Source: an uncultured bacterium
GTDB taxonomy: Bacteria > Zixibacteria > MSB-5A5 > UBA10806
NCBI GenBank assembly: GCA_965541585.1
Contig: CBEUCH010000009.1
Coordinates: forward strand, 64,001-128,000
Reading direction: 5' to 3'
DNA: 64,000 nucleotides
Below the pieces are notes generated by a model. That model saw nothing but the letters and a program-made list of their open reading frames with translations. It had not been told where the DNA came from and made no database searches. Shown here piece after piece: positions 8,380 through 17,631 of the stretch; position 1 is the stretch's first letter, and each line of letters begins with the position of its first letter. Made by a program: the position numbers and the translations under genes.

Positions 8380-11253
8380 ATGAGGCTAAGTAAGATTGTC
8401 CTGGGGGGATCGCTTCTCTGGCTGATACTGGCACCTGGCACGCAGGCGCAGTATTATTTCGGGCAAAATAAAATCCAGTATGCCACCTTCGACTGGCAAG
8501 TCCTGACCACAGAACATTTTAATATCTATTTTTACCCGGAGGAAAAGGAAATAGCCGAAACGGCCGCCAGGTTGGCCGAGGATTCATATAATTTCCTCCA
8601 GGAAAAGTTCAATCACACAATAGACAAAAGGATTCCGTTTATCGTATACAGCTCCCCTGTCTTTTTCGAACAGACGAACATCATCCCGGGCATTTTGCCG
8701 GAAAATGTTGCAGGCTTCACGGAGTTCTTTAAGCAGCGTGTCGTTATCCCATTCAATGGTTCTTTCTCGGATTTCTCCCACGTCGTCCGGCACGAGTTGA
8801 TCCATGTTTTCACTATGCAGAAAATCGCCTACGTGGCGAAAATGCATCGCAAAAACAACGTACCCTCTCCGCCTCTGTGGTTTACGGAAGGTATCGCCGA
8901 ATACTGGTCAAGCGGCTGGGATAGCCAGGCCGATATGATAATGCGCGATATGGCAATAGCCGGACGGCTAATAACTCTGGAAAACATCTACTCCATATCC
9001 GGCAGCTTTCTGATGTATAAAGTGGGTCAATCTATTCTGAATTACATGGGAGAGACTTATGGTGACGATAAACTGGCAGACCTTTTCGATAACTGGTGGA
9101 GGGGCCGCACCTTTTCTGAAGTAGTCAGACTAACTTATGATAAGCCCCTCAAAGAAATCGGTGCAGAATGGGAATACTGGGTTAAGAAACGATACTACCC
9201 GTATATAAAGAGTCAGGAACTGCCGGACCGGGTGGCAAAACAGTTGACCCACGACGGCTATAATATCAAACCTACGATCTTCCTGAAAGATACTAAAGAG
9301 GGGCGAAAAGAATATATCGCATTCAAGACCTTCCGCATGGGATACGCGAGTATCGCCGAGATGCCCTTAGACGGCGAAAAGAGACGTTATAAAACACTGA
9401 TAAAGGGCGGCAGATCAGAACAATATGAATCTCTTCACTTTACTGATTCGGGACTGGACGCCAATATCGATGGCTTGATAGCGTTCGCCTCCAAGAGTCA
9501 GGAAAGCGACGTATTGTATATCTACGATTCCAAACGGGGAAAAGTCATAAAGAACATCAAGAATTCCTCACTTGTGGCTATCTCCTCGCCCTCATGGGCA
9601 CCCGACGGTCAGAGAATCGTATTCGAGGGCATCACCAAAGGTGGAAGATCCGACCTCTATATTTACGATTTTCACGACGAACAGTTTACCCGACTTACAA
9701 ATGATATTTATGCCGATAAAACTCCTTCCTTCTCCTTTACAGACGGCCTCATAGCATTCTCATCGGACCGTGATACCGATGGTATGAACGGATCGCGGAA
9801 CCTGTACTTATACCATCTCGAAAGTGGAAAGATAACACGCCTGACATCCGGAAATCAGATCGACGAATCTCCACGCTTTACCAGATCGGGGGATAGGATT
9901 ATCTTTACATCGGACTCCAACGGTGCCATGAACCTGTACATCCTCGATGGCGTAACCAATGGCAGCCTTAAGATCATGCAGATGACAAACTTCGTCACCG
10001 GCGCCTTCGATCCCATTCTCGCCAACTACGATTCCGTTGTGGTCTTCTCGGCTTACCAGGGCTTCAGATCCCATATCTATGAAATGCAGCTGCCGGAAAC
10101 TCCCATCGCCGAAATGCAACTGCCGGAAATCTCCATCGCCGCCAACGACCAGACCAGCAAGGATCGCCACCCCTGGACAATTGCCGATTCCTGGTCGCTC
10201 CCGAAACTCGAGGGCGAATTATCAGGAGGATCGGCCAGGTATAAGACCCAGCTCTCGTTCGATATCGCGCAATCCGCTGTCGCTTACGATCCTATAGTAG
10301 GAACCATGGGGGGGTTGCAGTTCGCTTTGACCGATATTCTCGGCAACCACCAGTATTACTTTCTGCTGTATAATACCGCCAACACCAGAGAGGATTTCCT
10401 GAAAAGCATCAATTTCGGCGTTACCTATCTCAATAAAACCAGAAGATTCAACTATGGCGGCGGATTCTTTCATTTCTTCAATGAATACTCCGAAGATTTC
10501 TATGGCTACGTTGCGGAGAGAACTTATGGTGGTTTTCTGGCCGGAAGTTATCCATTCTCCCGTTACAGGAGGCTTGAATCCGCTCTCTACGTACGCCGGA
10601 TCGATAAGGAGACGATCTTTTCAGAATCCCCTAAGGCTACCACCGCTCAGTGGATCCTGTCTTATATAAAAGATACATCAATCTGGGACCCCACCGGGCC
10701 AATTGAAGGCACCAGGTTTAATATCGGGATGTCGCAGTCACTTGACATAAAGAACTTCAGATATTACAGCAGCACCTACAATCTCGATTTCAGGAAATAT
10801 TTCCGCCTGGGAAATGCGTCCGCCTACGCTACAAGGCTTATGTATCTCCATTCGGTGGGAGAGGATCCCCAGAGATATTATCTGGGTGGGAGCTGGTCTC
10901 TGCGGGGTTACGCAAGACGTGAATTCTACAGTAACAATCTTCTATTGCTCAATAATGAGCTTCGTTTCCCGCTGGTGAACGATCTTCTGATCGGCTTTCC
11001 GATTGGCAACATCAGGTTTCAGGCGATCCGCGGGGCGCTGTTTTTCGATATTGGCAACTCGTGGGAGGACTCTTACAGAGGCACCGAAAAATGGCCCCAT
11101 GGTTCTGACGGCCTCGTGGGAAGTTTTGGATTTGGATTCCGGATTGCTCTGGGTTATGTTACGGTATTGAGATTTGATTTTGCGAGGAAGACCGATTTTA
11201 AATCGGTGAATAACAGCTACGATTTTGATTTCTTTTTCGGGTGGAATTTCTAA
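8380..11253 (+). CDS. Omp85/BamA-family outer-membrane protein with N-terminal HExxH peptidase-like domain and PD40/TolB-like beta-propeller
   Basis: Signal peptide; FGQNKIQY; HELIH plus WFTEGIAEY; PSWAPDG/PRFTRSG repeats; C-terminal barrel with LRGY, NNELRFP, FFDIG and terminal F. Confidence 0.88.
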   Translation: MRLSKIVLGGSLLWLILAPGTQAQYYFGQNKIQYATFDWQVLTTEHFNIYFYPEEKEIAETAARLAEDSYNFLQEKFNHTIDKRIPFIVYSSPVFFEQTNIIPGILPENVAGFTEFFKQRVVIPFNGSFSDFSHVVRHELIHVFTMQKIAYVAKMHRKNNVPSPPLWFTEGIAEYWSSGWDSQADMIMRDMAIAGRLITLENIYSISGSFLMYKVGQSILNYMGETYGDDKLADLFDNWWRGRTFSEVVRLTYDKPLKEIGAEWEYWVKKRYYPYIKSQELPDRVAKQLTHDGYNIKPTIFLKDTKEGRKEYIAFKTFRMGYASIAEMPLDGEKRRYKTLIKGGRSEQYESLHFTDSGLDANIDGLIAFASKSQESDVLYIYDSKRGKVIKNIKNSSLVAISSPSWAPDGQRIVFEGITKGGRSDLYIYDFHDEQFTRLTNDIYADKTPSFSFTDGLIAFSSDRDTDGMNGSRNLYLYHLESGKITRLTSGNQIDESPRFTRSGDRIIFTSDSNGAMNLYILDGVTNGSLKIMQMTNFVTGAFDPILANYDSVVVFSAYQGFRSHIYEMQLPETPIAEMQLPEISIAANDQTSKDRHPWTIADSWSLPKLEGELSGGSARYKTQLSFDIAQSAVAYDPIVGTMGGLQFALTDILGNHQYYFLLYNTANTREDFLKSINFGVTYLNKTRRFNYGGGFFHFFNEYSEDFYGYVAERTYGGFLAGSYPFSRYRRLESALYVRRIDKETIFSESPKATTAQWILSYIKDTSIWDPTGPIEGTRFNIGMSQSLDIKNFRYYSSTYNLDFRKYFRLGNASAYATRLMYLHSVGEDPQRYYLGGSWSLRGYARREFYSNNLLLLNNELRFPLVNDLLIGFPIGNIRFQAIRGALFFDIGNSWEDSYRGTEKWPHGSDGLVGSFGFGFRIALGYVTVLRFDFARKTDFKSVNNSYDFDFFFGWNF
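10081..10140 (+). repeat. 30-bp in-frame tandem duplication in the Omp85 linker
   Basis: gaaatgcagctgccggaaactcccatcgcc / gaaatgcaactgccggaaatctccatcgcc (EMQLPETPIA EMQLPEISIA). Confidence 0.85.
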
Positions 11254-12380
11254 GGCAGTTTTCTCTCAGCGCTCTGGCGGGATGGTTTTGCCTTATTTCT
11301 TGCGGCCCGCCGGAGCCATTCACAATCGACGAATCATCTGACTCTTGTTCATGGCAGCAGGGAGGAGGAGGTCCGGGAAGGTCTGCATTTGTCAATTTTC
11401 CCACCCCTGACGAACCCCGGCTGCTCTGGAAAGCCGAGTTCACATCTCGATTGAATATCGAGCCGACGGCCGCATTGGGAGCCATCCTGATTCCCACGCC
11501 GGATAAAAAACTCCACATAATTCTGGCTAATAATGGCTCAGGCTTTGCCGAAATAAAATTTAGGGAAGCCATCTTATCGCCTGCTATCCTGGCAGATTCA
11601 ATTGCCGTGATAAATCTGGGTGGAGATCGCCTTATGGTTGAAAACTGGATGACGCAAGAAATAAAATGGGAGGTCGAGCTCGCGGGGTCCTCCGTCGAGC
11701 CGCTTGTTTTCAATAATAAGCTTTACTGGTCCGATGGCATGCACTATCTGCGCTGTTTCGAACTCACTGGAGGCAAGAGGATCTGGGATGAGAGAATCAA
11801 GGGGGCCATTACTGCTCCCCCTCTGGCATGTTCACTTGGCGTAGTAGTATTTCCTGATGATGGGGTCGTAGAATGCTTCGATCCGGATACAGGCGTCAGG
11901 CTCTGGAGTTTTGCCGCGCGGGGGAGGATTAGGGGCGCATCCCTGATCATGGACGACCAGCTTTTATTCGCAACCGCGGATGGTCAGGTTACGCGAGTAA
12001 GGATGAAAGACGGAAACCTCATCTGGAACAGAGACCTGCATCTCCCGGTTTTGGCGCCACCCGCCTCCGACGGTGACGGCGTATTCATAGGTACAAATAA
12101 CCGTTTTATCATAAGACTTGATTTCGATTCCGGCGAAGTCGATTGGAAGATAGAAATTGGAGGACCCATTAAAGCCGGGCCGACAGTTTCAGGGAATTCG
12201 GTCATATTCGTTAGCATCGATCATAAGGTCTATTTCGTCGATAAAATCTCAGGGGAAATTCGTTATGTTTATGAAACCGGCGGTATGCTTACAACCAGGC
12301 CGTTGGCCTGCAGGGATAAAGTATTTATTGCCGGAGAAGATAAGAACCTTTATTGTTTTCAACTTTCCAAGGGTGAATAG
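11241..12380 (+). CDS. PQQ-like beta-propeller lipoprotein (BamB-like)
   Basis: Lipobox LISC; repeated xxxGxxxW blades (TGGKRIW, TGVRLW, DGNLIW, SGEVDW); overlaps the Omp85 stop. Confidence 0.8.
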   Translation: MEFLRQFSLSALAGWFCLISCGPPEPFTIDESSDSCSWQQGGGGPGRSAFVNFPTPDEPRLLWKAEFTSRLNIEPTAALGAILIPTPDKKLHIILANNGSGFAEIKFREAILSPAILADSIAVINLGGDRLMVENWMTQEIKWEVELAGSSVEPLVFNNKLYWSDGMHYLRCFELTGGKRIWDERIKGAITAPPLACSLGVVVFPDDGVVECFDPDTGVRLWSFAARGRIRGASLIMDDQLLFATADGQVTRVRMKDGNLIWNRDLHLPVLAPPASDGDGVFIGTNNRFIIRLDFDSGEVDWKIEIGGPIKAGPTVSGNSVIFVSIDHKVYFVDKISGEIRYVYETGGMLTTRPLACRDKVFIAGEDKNLYCFQLSKGE

Positions 12381-12382
12381 AA

Positions 12383-14554
12383 GTGGATATTAAGAGTCTA
12401 AGCCTCGATATTCTCCGCGATTTGTATGGCAGTTCCCGCCGGCTGGCCATGTATCCGCTGGGACATCCGGTTACGCAAGAAACACTGAAGAAACCTCTGA
12501 ATGCCTTAAACAAGATTTTTCCGTTCAAGCATAGCGTCATCATAGAGCTTTTCAAAGATAGCCTGCTGGCCGAAGGCGTTCTTCTTGAGGATACCATATA
12601 CGTCTCGGGACTTGCTCTCGACATGAAGAAGCACAATCTAGTGAATATCGGATTTTATTCCGATATCAACATTGGCGATCTCTATTATTTTCTGACATTG
12701 CTTGTCTCCAAAGCCGGCCCATCTGAAGATAACGTGGCCCGGATACTCAAGTCTAAAAATATATCTTCCATCAGGGTAAATATGGAAAATCCGCCGAATC
12801 TTTTTCACTTCGACAGATCGGATTCGGTAGGCGATACTGCACAATTCTCGTTGTCAAAGAGAGCCAGGGCTTTAATTTCCAGAAATCCCAGTATCATTGC
12901 GGCATATTATATGGGTCTGCTGAGAAAAGACGATGATATTCTGAAGTATATCAATGTGGATTTCCGATTGGCGTATCTCGGCCATCATTTCAAAGATGCA
13001 CTTCTTAATCTCGAAAGGGAGAAAGGCAAAAGACTTCTTGAAGAAATTGTTTTTTCTACCAACTGGCTCGATGATCATATTGATCCGGAGATGCTGTTGG
13101 GCTTACGGAGGCTCTTTAAGGATTATCTGTCACAGCATTCCGACCAGGAAATGCTCTCGGATATCTACGAACTTTTTAAAAAGGTTGGCACTCCCGATAG
13201 CGTGATGGATCAGATTTTCGATCGATCCTCGGTTTTGAAATTGCGCACCTTTCAGGAATCGGAGATGATAGTCAATACGCTGAAATATGCTGATCCTTCC
13301 CAGGTCGATCCGGCGGATTTGAGAAAAACGCTATTCAAGCTGGCATCCGCCGGGCAAAAGGATTATCTGAACGATCTATTGGATCAGCTCATCCGATCTC
13401 TCTCCAGCGCCACGAACGAGCTTCGTCAGAAGGCCCTGCACCTGGTGGGGACTGCGGGCGAGGTTCTCGTAAAAGGTGGCTTCTATGACGATTTTAATTC
13501 CCTTTGCAGGGAGGCCATCAGGCTGGCTCTGTTGCCGACCGAAACGTTGGAACCGGTGGAGCTAACAGCGGAGTTCGCCTGGCACGCCATAAAAGAAAAG
13601 CGGTGGCAGGAATTGAAGTTTTTGGTTCGAACTCTAAAGGGTATTAGAGATGATCATTCTCATCCGAAGAGCAAAAGGAACATAGCGGCCAGGAAGTTGA
13701 TAGAGATCAGTGAATCCAATCAATTAGCCGATATAGTCTCGGATATGATGGAGAATGTCTTGTCCGGGGATACCGGAGCGTTCTTTGAAGCTCTGGGAGA
13801 TCTGGGATCGAAAGATATCATCAGAATGCTTGCCGATAAGATTGCTCATCCCGACATAAATATTAGATCGCGCGTGATAAAGCTCTTGGCTAGCATGAGG
13901 GATCAATCGGCGGAGGTCCTCTCTGAATTGCTCGGCGAATGGGTGGGCAAATACGATGGAAGCGCAATCGATGATCAGGACTGGTATTATCTTAGAAATA
14001 TCCTCCGAATATTAAGGAGTGTTCAGGCCGAGGAAGCTTTTCCGTATCTGGAAATAATGAGCGGATGGCCCGAATTCCGGTTGAAACTGGAAATTATAAA
14101 AACTCTCGAGGGCATGCCTGCTGAGGACGCGGGTAAGCTTTATGAAAAGCTCTCAGGCGATCAGGATCTTGAGATCAAGAAAGCGGCGGTTGTGGCCATG
14201 GGGCTTACCGGCCATCCTGATATGATAATGAGACTCCTGGTAATATTCCGGCGGGAACCGGACCTCCGGGTCTATTCCGTTGCCTCTATAGGGCGAATCG
14301 GCGGCCCGCATGCCCGCGATAAGCTGATAGACATGTTCGAGGATGACCAGTTTTTCACTAATCTCAGTCTCTCAAAACGTGAGACAGAACAGGTAAGGAT
14401 TGCCATCCTGAAAGCGCTGTCTCGGATCGGGGATGAGGCCGCTTTGACGAAGCTCGAAGAATATTCACGAATGAGTTTCAGTAAATCATTATTTAAAAAA
14501 GACTTGCTATCCAATACGGCAAAGCTCATTCTCGATTCCAAAAGCAAGACATAG
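12383..14554 (+). CDS. HEAT-repeat (alpha-solenoid) protein
   Basis: N-terminal MYPLGHP motif; C-terminal HEAT-like units (DINIRSRVIKLL, WYYLRNIL, EIKKAAVVAMG, VRIAILKALSRIG). Confidence 0.75.
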   Translation: MDIKSLSLDILRDLYGSSRRLAMYPLGHPVTQETLKKPLNALNKIFPFKHSVIIELFKDSLLAEGVLLEDTIYVSGLALDMKKHNLVNIGFYSDINIGDLYYFLTLLVSKAGPSEDNVARILKSKNISSIRVNMENPPNLFHFDRSDSVGDTAQFSLSKRARALISRNPSIIAAYYMGLLRKDDDILKYINVDFRLAYLGHHFKDALLNLEREKGKRLLEEIVFSTNWLDDHIDPEMLLGLRRLFKDYLSQHSDQEMLSDIYELFKKVGTPDSVMDQIFDRSSVLKLRTFQESEMIVNTLKYADPSQVDPADLRKTLFKLASAGQKDYLNDLLDQLIRSLSSATNELRQKALHLVGTAGEVLVKGGFYDDFNSLCREAIRLALLPTETLEPVELTAEFAWHAIKEKRWQELKFLVRTLKGIRDDHSHPKSKRNIAARKLIEISESNQLADIVSDMMENVLSGDTGAFFEALGDLGSKDIIRMLADKIAHPDINIRSRVIKLLASMRDQSAEVLSELLGEWVGKYDGSAIDDQDWYYLRNILRILRSVQAEEAFPYLEIMSGWPEFRLKLEIIKTLEGMPAEDAGKLYEKLSGDQDLEIKKAAVVAMGLTGHPDMIMRLLVIFRREPDLRVYSVASIGRIGGPHARDKLIDMFEDDQFFTNLSLSKRETEQVRIAILKALSRIGDEAALTKLEEYSRMSFSKSLFKKDLLSNTAKLILDSKSKT

Positions 14555-14605
14555 CCAAAATGGCATAAGGGCGCCATAATGACATATAACCCTGCCATTA
14601 GGGCA
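14554..14605. promoter_or_regulatory. Three candidate upstream activator sites (GCCAwwnkGrCA)
   Basis: GCCAAAATGGCA (14554), GCCATAATGACA (14573), GCCATTAGGGCA (14594), 90-140 bp upstream of a sigma54-like promoter. Confidence 0.5.
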
Positions 14606-14692
14606 GTATCTTCCCAGTGGTCAAATCCCCCATTAACCTGAAATGAAATATAACATCATACAATATAATATGTTACAGTGATCCATAATTGA

Positions 14693-14709
14693 TTGGCACG
14701 AGTTTTGAA
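14693..14709 (+). promoter_or_regulatory. Sigma54-like -24/-12 promoter of hsp20-dnaK
   Basis: TTGGCACGAGTTTTGAA versus consensus YTGGCACGNNNNTTGCW; correct spacing, one mismatch (GA for GC at -12). Confidence 0.65.
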
Positions 14710-14757
14710 CATCAATCGGCCGGTGTTAGCTTAAAGGCAAAGAAAAGGAGGAATGAA

Positions 14758-15138
14758 ATGATAGGGTTTCATTACAAACCAGCGTTGGCCAGCTTTCTTC
14801 AAAGGAATAGCGACCGCCCGCGCCCGAACGTCGATATCATAGAGAACGCCGATAATTATCTTTTCAGTTTTGAAATTCCCGGCGCTATGAAAGAAGACGT
14901 CAAAATCTGGCTTGAGGATGATATTCTCACTGTTTCCGGCGAGAAGAAAGAGGAGCTTGCAGAAGGAGAAGCCAAACTTCTCTCCGAGCGGAATTTCGGC
15001 AAATTCGAGATGTCATTCAGGCTGACCGGCAGCATAGATGGGGCCAGGATAAAGGCCGAGTTCCAAAACGGATTGCTGAAAGTCATCGTTCCCAAGGCGG
15101 CAGAGGCAAAGCCGAAAGAGATCGCCATCCGGGATTGA
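14758..15138 (+). CDS. Hsp20/alpha-crystallin small heat shock protein
   Basis: PNVDIIE, EIPG, LTVSGEK, ERNFGKF, AEFQNGLLKVIVPK; SD AGGAGG before ATG 14758. Confidence 0.93.
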   Translation: MIGFHYKPALASFLQRNSDRPRPNVDIIENADNYLFSFEIPGAMKEDVKIWLEDDILTVSGEKKEELAEGEAKLLSERNFGKFEMSFRLTGSIDGARIKAEFQNGLLKVIVPKAAEAKPKEIAIRD

Positions 15139-15167
15139 TAGGCATTCCGGGAGCGGGGGAACAACTC

Positions 15168-15229
15168 CGTGTCCCACCCGGGTTCTCGATTTTACAAAAG
15201 CGGTGATTAAGGGACCCGGATGGGACACG
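15168..15229. other. Long intergenic stem-loop between hsp20 and the downstream genes
   Basis: CGTGTCCCACCCGGGTTC ... GGACCCGGATGGGACACG imperfect inverted repeat, no U-tract. Confidence 0.6.
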
Positions 15230-15276
15230 TTAGGTTCTGCCGTAAGGAAGATGCATCGAATGATGGGAGAAATAGA

Positions 15277-15459
15277 ATGCTTCTAACGCTTGCAATAATA
15301 CCTCTTGCGCTCGGTCTGATAGTAGTAATCATGGCCGCTATCAGGAAGTTGAGGCCGGAACCGGCGATGGAAGATATAGATACCGAGCTCGGGCCAACTC
15401 GACTGAACGCTGTCATTCGATCCGACTCCGAAGGCGAAAAAGTTTCTTTGAAGAATTAA
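15277..15459 (+). CDS. Small single-pass membrane protein (60 aa), hypothetical
   Basis: SD GGGAGA, hydrophobic N-terminus MLLTLAIIPLALGLIVVIMAAI followed by RK. Confidence 0.6.
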   Translation: MLLTLAIIPLALGLIVVIMAAIRKLRPEPAMEDIDTELGPTRLNAVIRSDSEGEKVSLKN

Positions 15460-15486
15460 TGATAATAATAAGGAGGTTCTAAAATA

Positions 15487-17391
15487 ATGTCCAAAGTAAT
15501 AGGCATTGATCTGGGCACCACCAATTCTTGCGTGGCTGTAATTGAGGCCGGAGATCCGATCATCATACCGAATTCCGAGGGTTCTCGCACAACGCCCTCG
15601 GTAGTAGCCGTCAATAAAACCGGAGAAAGGCTCGTCGGCCAGGTGGCCAAGCGCCAGGCCGTTGCCAACCCCACCGATACGATCTTCTCGGTCAAGCGGT
15701 TCATGGGAAGAGCCTATGATGAGGTTACAAGCGAGATTGCCAATTTCCCGTATAAGGTCAAAACCGGGAAGAATAATATCGTCAATATTGAGATGAGTGG
15801 CAAAGATTATTCTCCCCCTGAGATTTCGGCAATGGTTTTGCAAAAGATGAAACAGACTGCGGAAGATTATCTGGGCCATAAGGTGACCAAGGCGGTAATT
15901 ACGGTTCCTGCTTATTTCAACGATTCACAGCGCAAGGCCACGAAGGATGCCGGGCAGATAGCCGGGCTGGAGGTATTGCGGATCATCAACGAACCCACGG
16001 CTGCGGCTCTGGCATACGGACTCGAGAAGAAAAAAGACGAGAAAATCGCAGTCTATGATCTTGGCGGTGGGACTTTCGATATCTCCATTCTGGAAATGGG
16101 CGATGGCGTATTCGAGGTGCGCTCCACCAACGGAGATACTCATCTCGGTGGTGACGACTTTGACAAGAGGATTATCGATTGGCTGGTGGCAGAGTTTAAG
16201 AAATCCGATGGCATTGATTTATCGAAAGATCCCATGGCGATTCAGCGCTTGAGGGAGGCCGCGGAAAAAGCCAAAATGGAGCTTTCGAGCACAACGGAGA
16301 CCACCATAAACCTACCCTTTGTCACCGCAGATTCGAACGGCCCCAGGCATCTGAATCTCTCTCTTACCAGGGCCAAATTCGAACAGCTTGTCGATGATCT
16401 TATCGAGAGAACAATCGAACCATGCAGAAAGGCGTTGGCCGATGCCAAGCTTGCATCCTCGGACATCGATGAGGTAATTCTGGTCGGAGGGATGACCAGG
16501 ATGCCGATGGTGCAGGAGACCGTAAAGAGCTTTTTCGGCAGGGAGCCACATAAGGGTGTCAACCCCGATGAGGTAGTCGCCATAGGAGCAGCGATCCAGG
16601 GTGGGGTGCTGGCCGGCCATGTGAAAGACGTTCTGCTTCTCGACGTTACGCCGCTGTCATTGGGTATCGAAACGCTTGGAGGAGTCTTTACCAGATTGAT
16701 CGAACGCAATACTACTATCCCGACCAAGAAATCGGAAATCTTCTCCACCGCCGCTGATAACCAGATATCTGTAGAGATTCATGTCCTCCAGGGGGAACGG
16801 GACATGGCACTTCACAACAAGACAATCGGGCGTTTTCATATGGACGGTATGCTGCCTGCCCCGCGCGGGATGCCGCAGATCGAAGTTGAATTCGATATCG
16901 ATGCCAACGGTATCATGAATGTCTCTGCCACGGATAAGGCCACCGGCAAGGAGCAGTCCATCCGGATCGAGGCCACCTCAGGATTAACTGAGCAGGATAT
17001 TGACAAGATGGTCAAGGATGCTGCGGCGCATGCTTCCGAGGATAAGACTAATCGCGAAGAGGCCGAATTGAAAAACCGTGCGGATCAGGAAATCTATCAA
17101 ACCGAGAAGCAGCTGAACGAGTTCGAGGATAAAATCGATTCGGGAACAAAAGCGAGGGTCGAAGCAGCTCTCGATCGCTTAAAAGAGGCTGTGAAAAAGG
17201 AGAATATCGAGGAGATGAAATCTGCCTCCGAGGCCCTGACAGCGGTCTGGCATGAGGTCTCGGCGAAACTGTATCAAAAGCAAACATCGTCGACCCAGGG
17301 GGAGCATATGGACGCGGAATCCGGCCCTGCTCAGAACTCCGGCAAGGACGATCAGGATGCCGTTGACGCCGATTTCGAAGTGGTGAAATAA
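15487..17391 (+). CDS. dnaK: Chaperone DnaK
   Basis: [33 protein letters not shown]-terminal DADFEVVK. Confidence 0.99.
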   Translation: MSKVIGIDLGTTNSCVAVIEAGDPIIIPNSEGSRTTPSVVAVNKTGERLVGQVAKRQAVANPTDTIFSVKRFMGRAYDEVTSEIANFPYKVKTGKNNIVNIEMSGKDYSPPEISAMVLQKMKQTAEDYLGHKVTKAVITVPAYFNDSQRKATKDAGQIAGLEVLRIINEPTAAALAYGLEKKKDEKIAVYDLGGGTFDISILEMGDGVFEVRSTNGDTHLGGDDFDKRIIDWLVAEFKKSDGIDLSKDPMAIQRLREAAEKAKMELSSTTETTINLPFVTADSNGPRHLNLSLTRAKFEQLVDDLIERTIEPCRKALADAKLASSDIDEVILVGGMTRMPMVQETVKSFFGREPHKGVNPDEVVAIGAAIQGGVLAGHVKDVLLLDVTPLSLGIETLGGVFTRLIERNTTIPTKKSEIFSTAADNQISVEIHVLQGERDMALHNKTIGRFHMDGMLPAPRGMPQIEVEFDIDANGIMNVSATDKATGKEQSIRIEATSGLTEQDIDKMVKDAAAHASEDKTNREEAELKNRADQEIYQTEKQLNEFEDKIDSGTKARVEAALDRLKEAVKKENIEEMKSASEALTAVWHEVSAKLYQKQTSSTQGEHMDAESGPAQNSGKDDQDAVDADFEVVK

Positions 17392-17542
17392 AAAAGCGAT
17401 ACCAGGTGTTCCCGGTAGATTATCCGGGTAAGATCGAAAATGTAAAAGCTCCGGAAAAATGATGGTAAGCATCTATGGTGAAATCTCTCGTCAAAATCGT
17501 TTCTGCCATGGAGAGTTGAGGGGGAAAAGTGATGTTGGAATG

Positions 17543-17580
17543 AAACGGCCCGGCATATTCAAAGAGGCGGGGCCGTTTTT
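17543..17580 (+). terminator. Intrinsic terminator after dnaK
   Basis: AAACGGCCCGGC...GCGGGGCCGTTTTT hairpin with T-tract. Confidence 0.65.
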
Positions 17581-17593
17581 ATTTTCCCGAGAA

Positions 17594-17623
17594 GTTGACA
17601 CAAAATAGCATTTGGAATAGATT
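17594..17623 (+). promoter_or_regulatory. Sigma70-like promoter immediately before dnaJ
   Basis: TTGACA-18nt-TAGATT, ending 8 nt before the ATG; no SD visible. Confidence 0.5.
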
Positions 17624-17631
17624 TCAATAGA

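Noticed and set aside
8187..8393. 68-aa ORF and two small hairpins upstream of the Omp85 gene
   Set aside because: ORF spans a promoter-like TTGACA region with no SD; hairpins match no riboswitch I recognise.
14600..15486. CIRCE/HrcA operator before hsp20 or dnaK
   Set aside because: No TTAGCACTC-N9-GAGTGCTAA match; the TTGGCAC site fits sigma54 better.
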